From the NCBI GenBank assembly GCA_038231435.1, contig JBBRLJ010000031.1:1-64000 (forward strand): 64,000 bases of DNA. Reading direction: 5' to 3'. This document shows, in pieces, positions 39,365-48,959 of the stretch (position 1 is its first letter; the number at the start of each line of letters is the position of its first letter). The position numbers and the translations under genes are program-made. The stretch comes from Planctomycetota bacterium (lineage in GTDB: Bacteria > Planctomycetota > UBA11346). Below the pieces are notes generated by a model. That model was given only the letters and a program-made list of their open reading frames with translations. It had not been told where the DNA came from and made no database searches.

Positions 39365-40214
39365 CCATTTCGCCGTCAACGGCAGGGTGGTGCCCGCCGC
39401 CGAGGCGATGGTGAGCGTGCTCGATCTCGGCTTTCTGCGCGGTGTAGGCGCCTTCGAGACTTGGCGCACCTATGGCGGCGGCCACCCCCACGCGCTGGGC
39501 GAGCACCTACGGCGGATCTGGGAATCGGCCGCGGCATTCGGCCTCCAGCCGTTCGTGACCGACGAGCAGGTCCGCCGCACCGTCGCCGAGATCCACCGCC
39601 TGAGCGGCCACGTCGAGCTGCGCGTGAACTGCATCGTCACCCCGGGGGACAACGTCTCGGGGGTGTTCGGCGCCGAACATCCGACCTGGGTGCTGATCGC
39701 GCGCGACGTGCACGCTCCGTCGGAGAGCGCCTATCGCGATGGCGTGACCGCGGTCACCTTCGAGGCGCGTCGGCACCTACCGACCTTGAAGACCACCAAT
39801 TACCTGGTCGGCAAGACCGGTTTGATGCTCGCCGAGCGCGCCGGCGCGCACGAAGCCCTGTACGTCAGTCCCGAGGGCTATGTCACCGAAGGCGTGACCA
39901 GCAATCTGCTGGTCGTGCAGGGCCGGCGGGTGATGACCCCGGTCGCCGACTGCCTGCCGGGCATCACCAAGGCCGGCCTGCGTCCAATCGCCGAGGCCGC
40001 CGGGCTCGCCTGGTACGAGTGCCGGTTGACGCGTGATGATCTCTACCTGGCCGACGAGGTCTGGATCACCTCCGCGGTGCGCGAGGTGCTGCCGGTGGTC
40101 ACGGTCGACGACCATCGCATCGGCGACGGCAAGCCCGGTCCCTGGGCTCTGAAGCTGCGCGCACTCTACCATCAGGCCTGCATCGAGCAGGCGCGACGCG
40201 ACGCTGGCGCATGA
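39354..40214 (+). CDS. Class IV PLP aminotransferase (IlvE/PabC/Dat family)
   Basis: DLGFLRGVGAFET, LKTTNY, EGVTSN, LPGIT, ADEVWITS. Confidence 0.92.
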   Translation: MPTDHFAVNGRVVPAAEAMVSVLDLGFLRGVGAFETWRTYGGGHPHALGEHLRRIWESAAAFGLQPFVTDEQVRRTVAEIHRLSGHVELRVNCIVTPGDNVSGVFGAEHPTWVLIARDVHAPSESAYRDGVTAVTFEARRHLPTLKTTNYLVGKTGLMLAERAGAHEALYVSPEGYVTEGVTSNLLVVQGRRVMTPVADCLPGITKAGLRPIAEAAGLAWYECRLTRDDLYLADEVWITSAVREVLPVVTVDDHRIGDGKPGPWALKLRALYHQACIEQARRDAGA

Positions 40215-40257
40215 ACGCGCGCCGGCTCCACGCGCCGACGCGCGTTCAAGGCCAGGG

Positions 40258-41448
40258 ATGAGCCGAGGACGGCTGATCCCTGGGAGCGCCTGGTTCCAGG
40301 TGATCGAGGAGCCCGCGTACACCGCGAGCGGCGCGGGCGAGCACCTCTACGTCGAGATCGAGAAGGAAGGCCTGACCACCGACGCGGTGGCCGAGGCGCT
40401 GGCGAAGGCCTGCGGCAAGCGTTCGCGAGATGTGGGTTTCGCGGGCCGCAAGGATCGCCACGCCATCACCCGCCAGTGGTTCAGCGTCCACTTCGGCGAG
40501 GAGGCGCGGCTGGCGGCGTTGCCCGAGCTCGTCGGGGGCAGAGGGCGGGTGGCGGTGTTGTCGGTATCGCGGCACGCCAACAAGCTGCGCCTCGGCCATC
40601 TTGCGGGCAACCGCTTCCATCTCGGCCTGGCCGACGTGGCGGATGATGCGGAACTCGCGGCCCGGCTCGCCGACATGGCGCGTGAAGGCGTACGCAACCG
40701 TTTCGGTACCCAGCGCTTCGGCGTGGCCTCGGCGACGCTCGGGATCGCGCGCGCCTGGGGCCGCGGCGATCTGCAGGGCGCGGTCGAGCTGATCGTCGAT
40801 CCCGAGGGCTCCTGGCGATGGGGCGCTGAGCTGCCATCGGGCTACCGCGCCGGCCCCGAGGGCCGGGCTCTGGGAGCGCTGCGCCAGGGCGCCGCTGCCA
40901 AGGGTGCGCTGGCCGCGGCTGGCGATCAGCTGCGCAAGCTGGTGGCCTCGGCCGCGCAGAGCGCGGTGTTCAACGCCATCCTCGACGCACGCGTCGCCGC
41001 CGGACTCCTGCACCGCTTCCGCGTCGGCGACCTGGGCATCACCACGCGCGGCGCGCCCTTCCGCGTCGCCGAGGGTGAGTTGGACGCGACCAACGCGCGC
41101 GCGGCCCCGGGCGTACTCGACGCGTTCACCAGCGGCCCCCTGCCGGGATCCTCGCGGCTGCGTCCCGACGATGCCATCGACGCCGAGGAACGCTCCTGGG
41201 CGGCGCCAACCGGTGTCGATTGGGCATGGCTCGCGGGAGACTCGCCGTTGGCCAGTCCCGGCGAGCGTCGCCCCCTGGTGGTGCCGTTCCGGTCCACTCC
41301 GATCCTGGCGCGCGAGGCCAGCGACGCTGGCACCTTGTGGTTGGATCTGGCGTTGCCGCCAGGCACCTACGCCACCGAGGTCCTCGCCCAGCTCGATATC
41401 GACGTTCCCGCAGACCGCCGCGCTGCGCCCAGCGCCGCCACGGACTGA
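40258..41448 (+). CDS. truD: tRNA pseudouridine(13) synthase
   Basis: GEHLY, AGRKDRHAITRQW, GHLAGNRF, NRFGTQRFG, LPPGTYAT. Confidence 0.93.
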   Translation: MSRGRLIPGSAWFQVIEEPAYTASGAGEHLYVEIEKEGLTTDAVAEALAKACGKRSRDVGFAGRKDRHAITRQWFSVHFGEEARLAALPELVGGRGRVAVLSVSRHANKLRLGHLAGNRFHLGLADVADDAELAARLADMAREGVRNRFGTQRFGVASATLGIARAWGRGDLQGAVELIVDPEGSWRWGAELPSGYRAGPEGRALGALRQGAAAKGALAAAGDQLRKLVASAAQSAVFNAILDARVAAGLLHRFRVGDLGITTRGAPFRVAEGELDATNARAAPGVLDAFTSGPLPGSSRLRPDDAIDAEERSWAAPTGVDWAWLAGDSPLASPGERRPLVVPFRSTPILAREASDAGTLWLDLALPPGTYATEVLAQLDIDVPADRRAAPSAATD

Positions 41449-41467
41449 ACGTCAGCGAGAGGACGAC

Positions 41468-41950
41468 CTACGCGCCGCCTTCGCCGAGCGGGCGGTAGCG
41501 CTCGGGCAGCCCGCTGAGCAGCCAGCCGATGGCCATTGCGGCGAGCGCGGTCAAGAGTGCGTTGGCGAACACCACGCGCCAGGGGATGCTGACCCCGGCG
41601 AGCCGGTGATCAGCGATCGCGACGACGAGGTAGCAGGCCAGCGCCCAGCCGCCCCAGCCGATCGCGCGCGAACGGAACAGGTAGTTCCGCACCGGCGTGA
41701 AGGCCAGTCCCAGCGATCCGTAGGCGATCGTGTAGAAGCATTCCTTGCCGTACTCGGCGCCAGGATCGACGAGATCCCGGCAGATGCCGGTGATCCATGC
41801 GCGCAGCAGGACGCCTTCGTCATCGCCGTCGACCATCGCCCATGCCGCGAGAGCCAACGGCAGATCCGGACCGATGGCATAGGACGCGAGGCGGCCGTGC
41901 TGCAGGCAGCAGAGCGAAAGCGCGATGAACGCGTAGATGGCGAGTCTCAC
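41468..41950 (-). CDS. mreD: MreD-like membrane protein
   Basis: About 160 aa, multi-TM, PDLPLAL and GICRDL motifs typical of MreD; GTG start. Confidence 0.6.
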   Translation of the reverse strand: MRLAIYAFIALSLCCLQHGRLASYAIGPDLPLALAAWAMVDGDDEGVLLRAWITGICRDLVDPGAEYGKECFYTIAYGSLGLAFTPVRNYLFRSRAIGWGGWALACYLVVAIADHRLAGVSIPWRVVFANALLTALAAMAIGWLLSGLPERYRPLGEGGA

Positions 41951-42095
41951 CTGCGCCGAGCGTAACGCCGGCACGGTCTCCGGCCACCCCGGCAACGTGC
42001 GGGGCGCGAGGTCCGCACCACGCGCCCCGCGCCTCAGAAGGCCGTGAGCGTATTTTCGGGCTTTCTCGCCGGTCGCGATCGCTAGCGTGCCGCCC

Positions 42096-43040
42096 ATGCT
42101 CTTCGGCGGCGTCGACGAGGCGGGATACGGCCCGCTGCTGGGGCCCCTGTCCATCGCCGCCGTCTCCGCCGAGGCCGATGACGAGGCTGCGCTCAAGCAG
42201 GGCTTCCGTCGGGCACGCACCGGCGCCAAGGACAGCAAGCAGGTGCACGTCAGTGGCGACATCACCGCCATCGAAAGCGTGGCGCTGCCCGCGATCACCT
42301 GGTTGACCGGGCATGCGCCAGGAAACATGCGCGAGTGCCTGGCGCTCCTCGGCGAAGACGAGAGCGTGCGCACGGATGTGCCCTGGATGGCCGGTACCGC
42401 TGGCGTCGTCCTGCCGATCGGCTCCGAGCCACTCAAGACGTGGAAGATCCCCGGAGTCACCCCGCGCGCACTGCGCGGGAGCCTGATCCAGCCACGCGCA
42501 TATAACGCCTCGCGCCGCCTGGGCGTCAACAAGGCCGACATCGAGCTGCAGGCGGTCGGCGGATTGCTCACGATGATCAGCGCAACGGACGAGCACGGGA
42601 TGATCGTGGTCGATCGCCTTGGCGGTCGGCGCTACTACCGGGATTTCCTCCAGTCCCTGTGGCCGGACACCATGGTCCTGGTCGAGGTCGAATCCCCGGG
42701 CATCAGCGGCTATCGCATCGTCGCTCCGCTCGCCGAGCAGTCGGTCAGCTTCAGGGTCGATGGTGAGTCGCACTCGCCGCTCACCGCCGTGGCCAGCTGC
42801 ATCGCGAAGTATGTCCGCGAACTGCACATGATGCTGCTCAACCGCCACTGGTGTGCTGTCCGGGCGGCACTCAAGCCCACCGCCGGGTACGCCAAGGATG
42901 CGGTGCGCTGGCTCGACGATCTCGGCGTCGCGGTGGTGGATCCGATCCGCGACGAGCTCGTGCGCGGTGTCGCCACGGAGATCATCGACGTCGGGGAAAC
43001 CGCTATCGGGGATGCCGCGGCGCCAACGCTACCCGCTTGA
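42096..43040 (+). CDS. rnhB: Ribonuclease HII-family protein
   Basis: GVDEAGYGPLLGPL, DSK, VDRLGGR, AVASCIAKYVR, GY. Confidence 0.78.
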   Translation: MLFGGVDEAGYGPLLGPLSIAAVSAEADDEAALKQGFRRARTGAKDSKQVHVSGDITAIESVALPAITWLTGHAPGNMRECLALLGEDESVRTDVPWMAGTAGVVLPIGSEPLKTWKIPGVTPRALRGSLIQPRAYNASRRLGVNKADIELQAVGGLLTMISATDEHGMIVVDRLGGRRYYRDFLQSLWPDTMVLVEVESPGISGYRIVAPLAEQSVSFRVDGESHSPLTAVASCIAKYVRELHMMLLNRHWCAVRAALKPTAGYAKDAVRWLDDLGVAVVDPIRDELVRGVATEIIDVGETAIGDAAAPTLPA

Positions 43041-43228
43041 GGAGTGACGTACATTGGCTCCCATGCGATTATTCGCATGGCCATAAAATCGTCGGCGATT
43101 ATGCCATAAATTGTTGGGATACGACCGCTAGGACGCGACAGTGCGCGTTTGAAACATCGAATTTATCCTCGCGTTCATCTTGGGGTTACGTACGCTCCAG
43201 TGCTCAAACAGGAGCGTGACGCAGTCCC

Positions 43229-43591
43229 ATGGAAGCTATCGGCCCATTACAAGTTCGCGTGATGCATTATATCTGGAAGCATGGTCCTAGCACCGTGCAT
43301 GATGTGCATACCGCTCTGAACGGTCAACCGGGGGGCAAGCAGCTCGCGTACACGACCATCCTGACCGTGATGCGCAACCTCGCGCGGCGCAAATTCCTCA
43401 GCCAGGCCGCCGACGGTAGGGCCCACCGCTTCTCACCCCTGATCGATGAACGTACCTACAAGGTCGGAATCGTGCGGCAGATGCGCAAGGATCTCTTCAA
43501 CAACGACGTGGGCATCCTGCTCTCCTACCTCGCCTTGGATGATGAGATCGACGAAGCCAAGCGCGCCAAGATCAAAGACCTCGCCGGTTAG
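43229..43591 (+). CDS. BlaI/MecI/CopY family transcriptional repressor
   Basis: VMHYIW, TVHDV, LAYTTILTVMRNLARRKFL...GRAHRF; GGAG RBS. Confidence 0.9.
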   Translation: MEAIGPLQVRVMHYIWKHGPSTVHDVHTALNGQPGGKQLAYTTILTVMRNLARRKFLSQAADGRAHRFSPLIDERTYKVGIVRQMRKDLFNNDVGILLSYLALDDEIDEAKRAKIKDLAG

Positions 43592-43645
43592 TCTGCGGCG
43601 TCGGTGGCCGAACGAGCCCACGCTCCCCTTTCGCCCTCACCAGAC

Positions 43646-43984
43646 ATGCCGTCGATCCCCCTGCATGACGACCAGATCCGCTCAGCGCTCGCCTCGCTGC
43701 CAGGATGGTCTCTCGAAGAATCTGCCGCCGGAAGTGCGTTGGCTCGCACGTTCCGCTTCGCCGATTTCCCCTGCGCCATGGCTTTCATGGGCGACTGCGC
43801 CGAGGACATCGACAGGCTCGCGCACCATCCCGAATGGTCGAACGTCTACGACCGCGTGTCTGTCCGCCTGACCACCCACGATGCCGGCAACCGCCTCACG
43901 GCGCGCGACGTCGAGCTCGCGAAACTGCTATCCTGGAAGGCTACCGTGGCGGGCGCGATCACCGGGATGATCGACAAGCCCTGA
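43646..43984 (+). CDS. phhB: Pterin-4-alpha-carbinolamine dehydratase
   Basis: FRFADF, HHPEWSNVY, LTTHDAG..LTARD. Confidence 0.93.
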   Translation: MPSIPLHDDQIRSALASLPGWSLEESAAGSALARTFRFADFPCAMAFMGDCAEDIDRLAHHPEWSNVYDRVSVRLTTHDAGNRLTARDVELAKLLSWKATVAGAITGMIDKP

Positions 43985-44006
43985 ATCGGCGGCGGCGCTC
44001 CGCTCG

Positions 44007-46772
44007 TCATCCCTGGGCGGGTACGGCGCCGGCATCCGGCTTCGCTCCCAATTGCAGGCTGGCGATGATGTGCTGGCGCAAGCCTTCGGCGTCGCCGTCC
44101 TCGAGCTTCTCGCCGCCGCGGTCCACGTAGAAGACGTCTACCGCGACATCGCCCATGGTGTTGATGCACGAGTAAGAGATCTCGCAGCCATAGCTCGAGA
44201 TGGTGCGGCAGAGCTTGCTGAGCAGTCCGACCTCGTCCTTGGTATGGATGTCGACGATGGTGTGGTGGTCGCTGGTGCGCTGCTCGACCTTCACCGCCGG
44301 ATCGTCGAAACCGCTGTCGGCCGGCTTGAGGGTCAAGGTGTTGCGGCGCTTCTCGAGCAGCTGATTCGCGTCGAGGGTGCCGCGCGACACGCCCAGCAGA
44401 TCCTGCCTGAGTCGTTTCCATGAGGCGTCCTCGCGCACCTTAGCGGGGTATATCGAGGACATGCGGTAGTTGTAGATCACCATGCCGTGCCGGCTCACCC
44501 AGGTGCGGGCGTCGATGATGTCGAAGCCGTGGCCGCTCAGGGTCGCGGCGACGTCGGCGAACAAGCCGTGCCGGTCGGGAACGGCGGCAGTGAGATGGAC
44601 GTACTTGTCGGCGAGCTCGTGGAGCATGCCGATACCCTCGCGCTTCGCCTCGGCGAGCATGCGCAGATGCTTCACGGCTTCGCCGGAGCGCACCTGGTGC
44701 GCATAGGTGCCTGGAAACTCGTCGAGGAAGGCTTCGGCCTCGCCATGCGGCAGGCCGCCGCTCTCGAGCTCGTGCACCAGCCGGTCATGGCGGCTGAGCG
44801 GCGGCTGGGCGCCGGGCGTTCCGAACTGCTCGCTCAGCGCCTGATGCAGTTCGCCCAGGATGGCTTCCTGCCAGCCCGTGAGGATGCCCTCGCCGACCGC
44901 CTTGGCGTCGCAATAGGTGAGGCAGTAGAGGGCGTCGAGGTTCTCCTGCCCGCCCATCTTCTCGGAGAAGTCGCGCAGGAAGGACGGCTCGTGCACGTTG
45001 CGCATGCGGCTCGCGTCGGAGAGCGAGACGTGGCGCTCGACCAGGAAATACACGAACTCCTCGTCGGCCTCGCTCAGGCCGAAGCGCTCGGCGACGGCCG
45101 AGACCATGATCGCGCCGCGCGCGACGTGCCCGCGTCCCATGTATTTGCCCATGTCGTGCAGCAGCAGGCCTAGCGCGAGCAGATCTTTGCGCTTGACCGT
45201 CGGGAAGATCTGCGCCATGCGCGGCAGGCCGGGCGATGCACCGGTCGCGATCGCGTCGATGTAGCTCATCGCCAGCAGCGTGTGCTGATCGACGGTGTAC
45301 TGGTGGTAGCTGTCGAACTGCATGTGGCAGGTCAGATTGCCGAACTCGGGAAGGTAGGCTCCGAGCAGGCCAGCGTTGTGCATGTCCTGCAGGATCGGAT
45401 AGATGCGACCGGCGTCGCCGAGGATGTCGAGGAACACGCGGCCGAGCACGCGGTCGTGGCGGACCTCGTCGGTGACCACCGCGAGATTCGCCTTGATGGC
45501 GCGCTGCAGCTCGAGACTGATGCGCATGTCGCGGGTCTGGGCGAGCCGGCACATGCGCATCAGCCGCGCGCCGGCATCTGGCAGCTTCCAGAAATCCTTG
45601 TGGCTCAGATAGACCTGGCCCTGGACCGCGACGAAATCCCGGTCGAGCACCTTGCGGCTCAGGATCAGGATCGGTCTGCGTCCGAGGTGGCCGAGAGCGC
45701 GTAGGCGGCTGATGGTGAGATCGACCATCTGGTGCACATGCAGAACGCGGGCGTAGTGCTCCTTCATGAAATGCTCGACGGCGCGCAGGCTGCTGAGATC
45801 GGAGTAGCCGAGCAGCTTCGCGACCCGCACCTGGTCGGCGAGCTGGAAGACATCCTGCTTGCGCTGATGGTGGAAATGCAGCAGCGAACGCAGGGACAGG
45901 ATGTGCCCGTTGGCCGATTCGACGGCGGCGAGATCCTCGGCGGTGATGACATCCAGCTGGGTCAGGGCCGAGAGCTCGCGCGAGCCGAACGCGACGAACG
46001 CCATGTTGCGCAGCAGCTGCACGTCGCGCAGGCAGCCTGGGTTGCTCTTGAGGTTCGGCTCCATCAGGAACAGGCTCACCCCAGCCTGCGCCCGGCGCTT
46101 CTCGAGCTCGTCGAGCTTGAATCGCAAGTAAGGCAGGGCCTGGCGCTTGCGGAAGCGCGCAATCAGCGCCTGCAATTCGGCGATGACCGCGCTGTCGGCA
46201 AGCAGCGGCCGCTGCTCGAGCACCGCCGTCGCGGTGACGAAATCCTCGTCGAGGATGCGCGAGAGCTCAGCGACGCTGCGCTGGCTGGCGCCGACCGTGA
46301 ATTTGACGTCCCAGAGCAGGGCCTGGAGCTCCGGCCATCCCTTGATCATCCATTCAGGCGCCTTGGCTCCGGCTGACAGCACCAGCAGATCGACGTCCGA
46401 CGCCGGATTCATCTCGGCACGGCCGTAGCCGCCGACTGCGAACACCCCCACCTGCTGGCGCCAGGTTGGCGGAGCTCCGACACGGGAGAACGCGCGCTCG
46501 GCCAGGGTCGCGACCACCGCGTCGGTTACCGCGGTGATGTCCGCGCACAAGGCGGTGCCGTCGGTTTCCTGGAGGTGGTCCTGCTGGTGCTGCGAGATCG
46601 CCGCGAGCTCGCGGGTACGCACGGCTCGGCATGCCTGCACGGCCTCCGCGCGCGGCAAGGCGGCAGTGGCCGCGAGTTCGTCGCGCAGACGCGAGAAGCG
46701 CGCTGAAGCGGCGCGCGCGGATGCGGCGGATGCTGCGGATGAAGGCCACTGGGCCGGTGCGTCCGTGACCAT
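44007..46772 (-). CDS. glnD: PII uridylyltransferase / uridylyl-removing enzyme
   Basis: GGYGR..SDVDLL, EPNLKSNPGCLRD, YHQYTVDQH, LLHDMGK, two ACT domains. Confidence 0.95.
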   Translation of the reverse strand: MVTDAPAQWPSSAASAASARAASARFSRLRDELAATAALPRAEAVQACRAVRTRELAAISQHQQDHLQETDGTALCADITAVTDAVVATLAERAFSRVGAPPTWRQQVGVFAVGGYGRAEMNPASDVDLLVLSAGAKAPEWMIKGWPELQALLWDVKFTVGASQRSVAELSRILDEDFVTATAVLEQRPLLADSAVIAELQALIARFRKRQALPYLRFKLDELEKRRAQAGVSLFLMEPNLKSNPGCLRDVQLLRNMAFVAFGSRELSALTQLDVITAEDLAAVESANGHILSLRSLLHFHHQRKQDVFQLADQVRVAKLLGYSDLSSLRAVEHFMKEHYARVLHVHQMVDLTISRLRALGHLGRRPILILSRKVLDRDFVAVQGQVYLSHKDFWKLPDAGARLMRMCRLAQTRDMRISLELQRAIKANLAVVTDEVRHDRVLGRVFLDILGDAGRIYPILQDMHNAGLLGAYLPEFGNLTCHMQFDSYHQYTVDQHTLLAMSYIDAIATGASPGLPRMAQIFPTVKRKDLLALGLLLHDMGKYMGRGHVARGAIMVSAVAERFGLSEADEEFVYFLVERHVSLSDASRMRNVHEPSFLRDFSEKMGGQENLDALYCLTYCDAKAVGEGILTGWQEAILGELHQALSEQFGTPGAQPPLSRHDRLVHELESGGLPHGEAEAFLDEFPGTYAHQVRSGEAVKHLRMLAEAKREGIGMLHELADKYVHLTAAVPDRHGLFADVAATLSGHGFDIIDARTWVSRHGMVIYNYRMSSIYPAKVREDASWKRLRQDLLGVSRGTLDANQLLEKRRNTLTLKPADSGFDDPAVKVEQRTSDHHTIVDIHTKDEVGLLSKLCRTISSYGCEISYSCINTMGDVAVDVFYVDRGGEKLEDGDAEGLRQHIIASLQLGAKPDAGAVPAQG

Positions 46773-46875
46773 GCACCCATCCTAGATCCGCGTGCATCGC
46801 GACAAGCGCCACGCGTCAAGACGAGGCTCGCCCAGCAGGCTTGCGCCCAGCCAGGAGCGGTCGATCCTGGCCGTC

Positions 46876-48189
46876 ATGCCACCGGATGCTCCCCTCGCCA
46901 TCCCGCGGCTGCCGGCGGGCATCTCGCGCTCGTGGCCGGTTCCGGGGTCGAAGAGCGTCACCAACCGCGCCCTGGTGCTGGCCGCCCTCGCCGAGGGCAC
47001 CAGCGTGATCGACAACGTCCTCGCCAGCGACGATACCCAACGCATGCGCGAGTGCCTCGGCTCGCTCGGCATCGGCGTGCGCGATGGCGCTCCCGGTCAG
47101 CTGATCGTGGACGGTGGACGCTCGCGGCTACGGGCGCCCGCGCAGGCGCTGTTCGTCGGCAACAGCGGCACCACCGTGCGCTTCCTGTCCGCACTCGCGA
47201 CCCTGGTGCCGGGGACAACCACCCTGGTCGGCGACGAGCACATGGCTAAGCGCCCGATCGCCGATCTGGTCGACGGGCTACGCCAGCTCGGCGTGCGCGT
47301 CGACTGCGCCAGCGGCTGCCCGCCGCTGACCATCCACGGCGGCGGCCTGCGTGGCGGCGTGATGTCGATGCGTGGAGACCGCTCGAGCCAGTACTTCTCC
47401 GCCATCCTGCTGGTGGCTGGCCTCGCGGGCGAGGACCTCGAGGTCCAGGTGCAGGGCGAACTGGTCAGCAGGCCGTACGTCGAGATGACCCGGCGCATGG
47501 TCACGGATTTCGGCGGCGCCATCGACGCCATCGAACCGAGCGGTGGTGAAGGCGGCGAAGGTGGCGGCTTCATGGTCCGCGCCTGTGCCGGGTACCGGGC
47601 GCGCGGCTACCGCGTCGAGCCGGACGCGTCCTCGGCCAGCTATCCGTTCGCGTTGGCAGCTGCTGGTGGGCATCGCATCGCGGTTCCGGGCCTGACCGCT
47701 GGGACGTTGCAGGGCGACTACGGCTTCGTCGAGGTGCTCGAGCGCATGGGCGCGCGCATCGAACGCACGCCGCATCTGACCGCGGTCACCGGTTCGAGCC
47801 GGCTCGCGGGCATCGACGTCGACATGCACCACATCAGCGACACCGTCATGACCCTGGCCGCGATCGCGCCACTGTGCTCATCGCCGGTGACCATCCGCAA
47901 CGTCGCCAACATCCGCATCAAGGAGACCGATCGCCTGGCGGCGACGGTCGCCGAGCTTGAGCGTGTGGGCGCGCGCGTCGAAGCGGGCGACGACTGGCTG
48001 CGCATCCATCCGTCCGCGGTGTCGCCGGCCTCGATCGCCTGCTACCGCGACCACCGCATGGCGATGAGCTTCGCCATCCTCGGCGCCATCGCCGGCGGCC
48101 TGGTGATCACCGACCCGGCGTGCACCGCGAAGACCTATCCGGGATTCTGGGACGATCTGGCGGCGTGTTACCCGGCGAAGCCATGGTGA
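46876..48189 (+). CDS. aroA: EPSP synthase
   Basis: PGSKSVTNR, GNSGTTVRF, SSQYFS, RIKETDR, DHRMAM, KTYPGF. Confidence 0.96.
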   Translation: MPPDAPLAIPRLPAGISRSWPVPGSKSVTNRALVLAALAEGTSVIDNVLASDDTQRMRECLGSLGIGVRDGAPGQLIVDGGRSRLRAPAQALFVGNSGTTVRFLSALATLVPGTTTLVGDEHMAKRPIADLVDGLRQLGVRVDCASGCPPLTIHGGGLRGGVMSMRGDRSSQYFSAILLVAGLAGEDLEVQVQGELVSRPYVEMTRRMVTDFGGAIDAIEPSGGEGGEGGGFMVRACAGYRARGYRVEPDASSASYPFALAAAGGHRIAVPGLTAGTLQGDYGFVEVLERMGARIERTPHLTAVTGSSRLAGIDVDMHHISDTVMTLAAIAPLCSSPVTIRNVANIRIKETDRLAATVAELERVGARVEAGDDWLRIHPSAVSPASIACYRDHRMAMSFAILGAIAGGLVITDPACTAKTYPGFWDDLAACYPAKPW

Positions 48190-48225
48190 GCCATCCCCTG
48201 TCGACCCGCGGGATGCGAAGACGGA

Positions 48226-48355
48226 GTGCGCGGCGTGCGGCGCCCGGCGTGCGGCGGAACAGCCGTAGGCGTCGCACTGAATCCACCATCGGCGGACTCT
48301 TGGCCATGCTCATCCTCCGCCGCACGCCACCGCCGCGGACGCCACACGCCGCACG
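48226..48355. repeat. Inverted pair of heptamer-periodic repeats
   Basis: GCGTGCG-type units at ~48226-48257 are complementary to CGCACGC-type units at ~48317-48355. Confidence 0.65.
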
Positions 48356-48364
48356 ACGTGTTCC

Positions 48365-48955
48365 ATGCGGATAATCGCCGGCATCTACCAGGGCCGCCGG
48401 CTGATCGCCCCTCCAGGGCTCGAGACCCGGCCTCTGCCCGACCGCATCAAGCAATCGCTGTTCGATTGGCTCGGCCAGGACTTCAGCGGCGCGACCGTGG
48501 CCGACGTGTGCGCCGGCTCGGGATCGTTCGCCTGCGAGGCGGCGAGCCGCGGGGCCGCGCTCGTGCACATCATCGAATCCGGCCGCCATGCGCTGCCCGC
48601 GATCAGGGCGAACATCGCCTCGCTCGGAAATCCACCAGCGCTGCAGCTCCATCCGCGCGCGTTCCAGGCGGTGCTGCCTTCGCTGCGTGGACTCGATCTG
48701 GTGTTCTGCGATCCGCCCTTCCCGTGGTACGCCGAGGAGCCTCAGACCATCACCGAGCTGCTGACCCTCGGCCGTGCCAGCCTGGCATCGTCGGGGCGGC
48801 TGCTGATCCGCGGCGAACGCGGCCAGGATCCACCGCCGCTGCCCCAGGGGCTCCGGCTCGAAGAGCGGCGCTTCTACGGCCGCAGCTGGGTCGCGCGTCT
48901 GGCGCCGGTACAAGCGCTGGGGGCCCCTCAGCTGGGCTCGCCGACGCCAGCCTGA
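48365..48955 (+). CDS. rsmD: 16S rRNA (guanine966-N2) methyltransferase
   Basis: MRIIAG, TRP..DRIKQSLF, DVCAGSGS..EAASRGA, DPPF. Confidence 0.92.
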   Translation: MRIIAGIYQGRRLIAPPGLETRPLPDRIKQSLFDWLGQDFSGATVADVCAGSGSFACEAASRGAALVHIIESGRHALPAIRANIASLGNPPALQLHPRAFQAVLPSLRGLDLVFCDPPFPWYAEEPQTITELLTLGRASLASSGRLLIRGERGQDPPPLPQGLRLEERRFYGRSWVARLAPVQALGAPQLGSPTPA

Positions 48956-48959
48956 CGGC

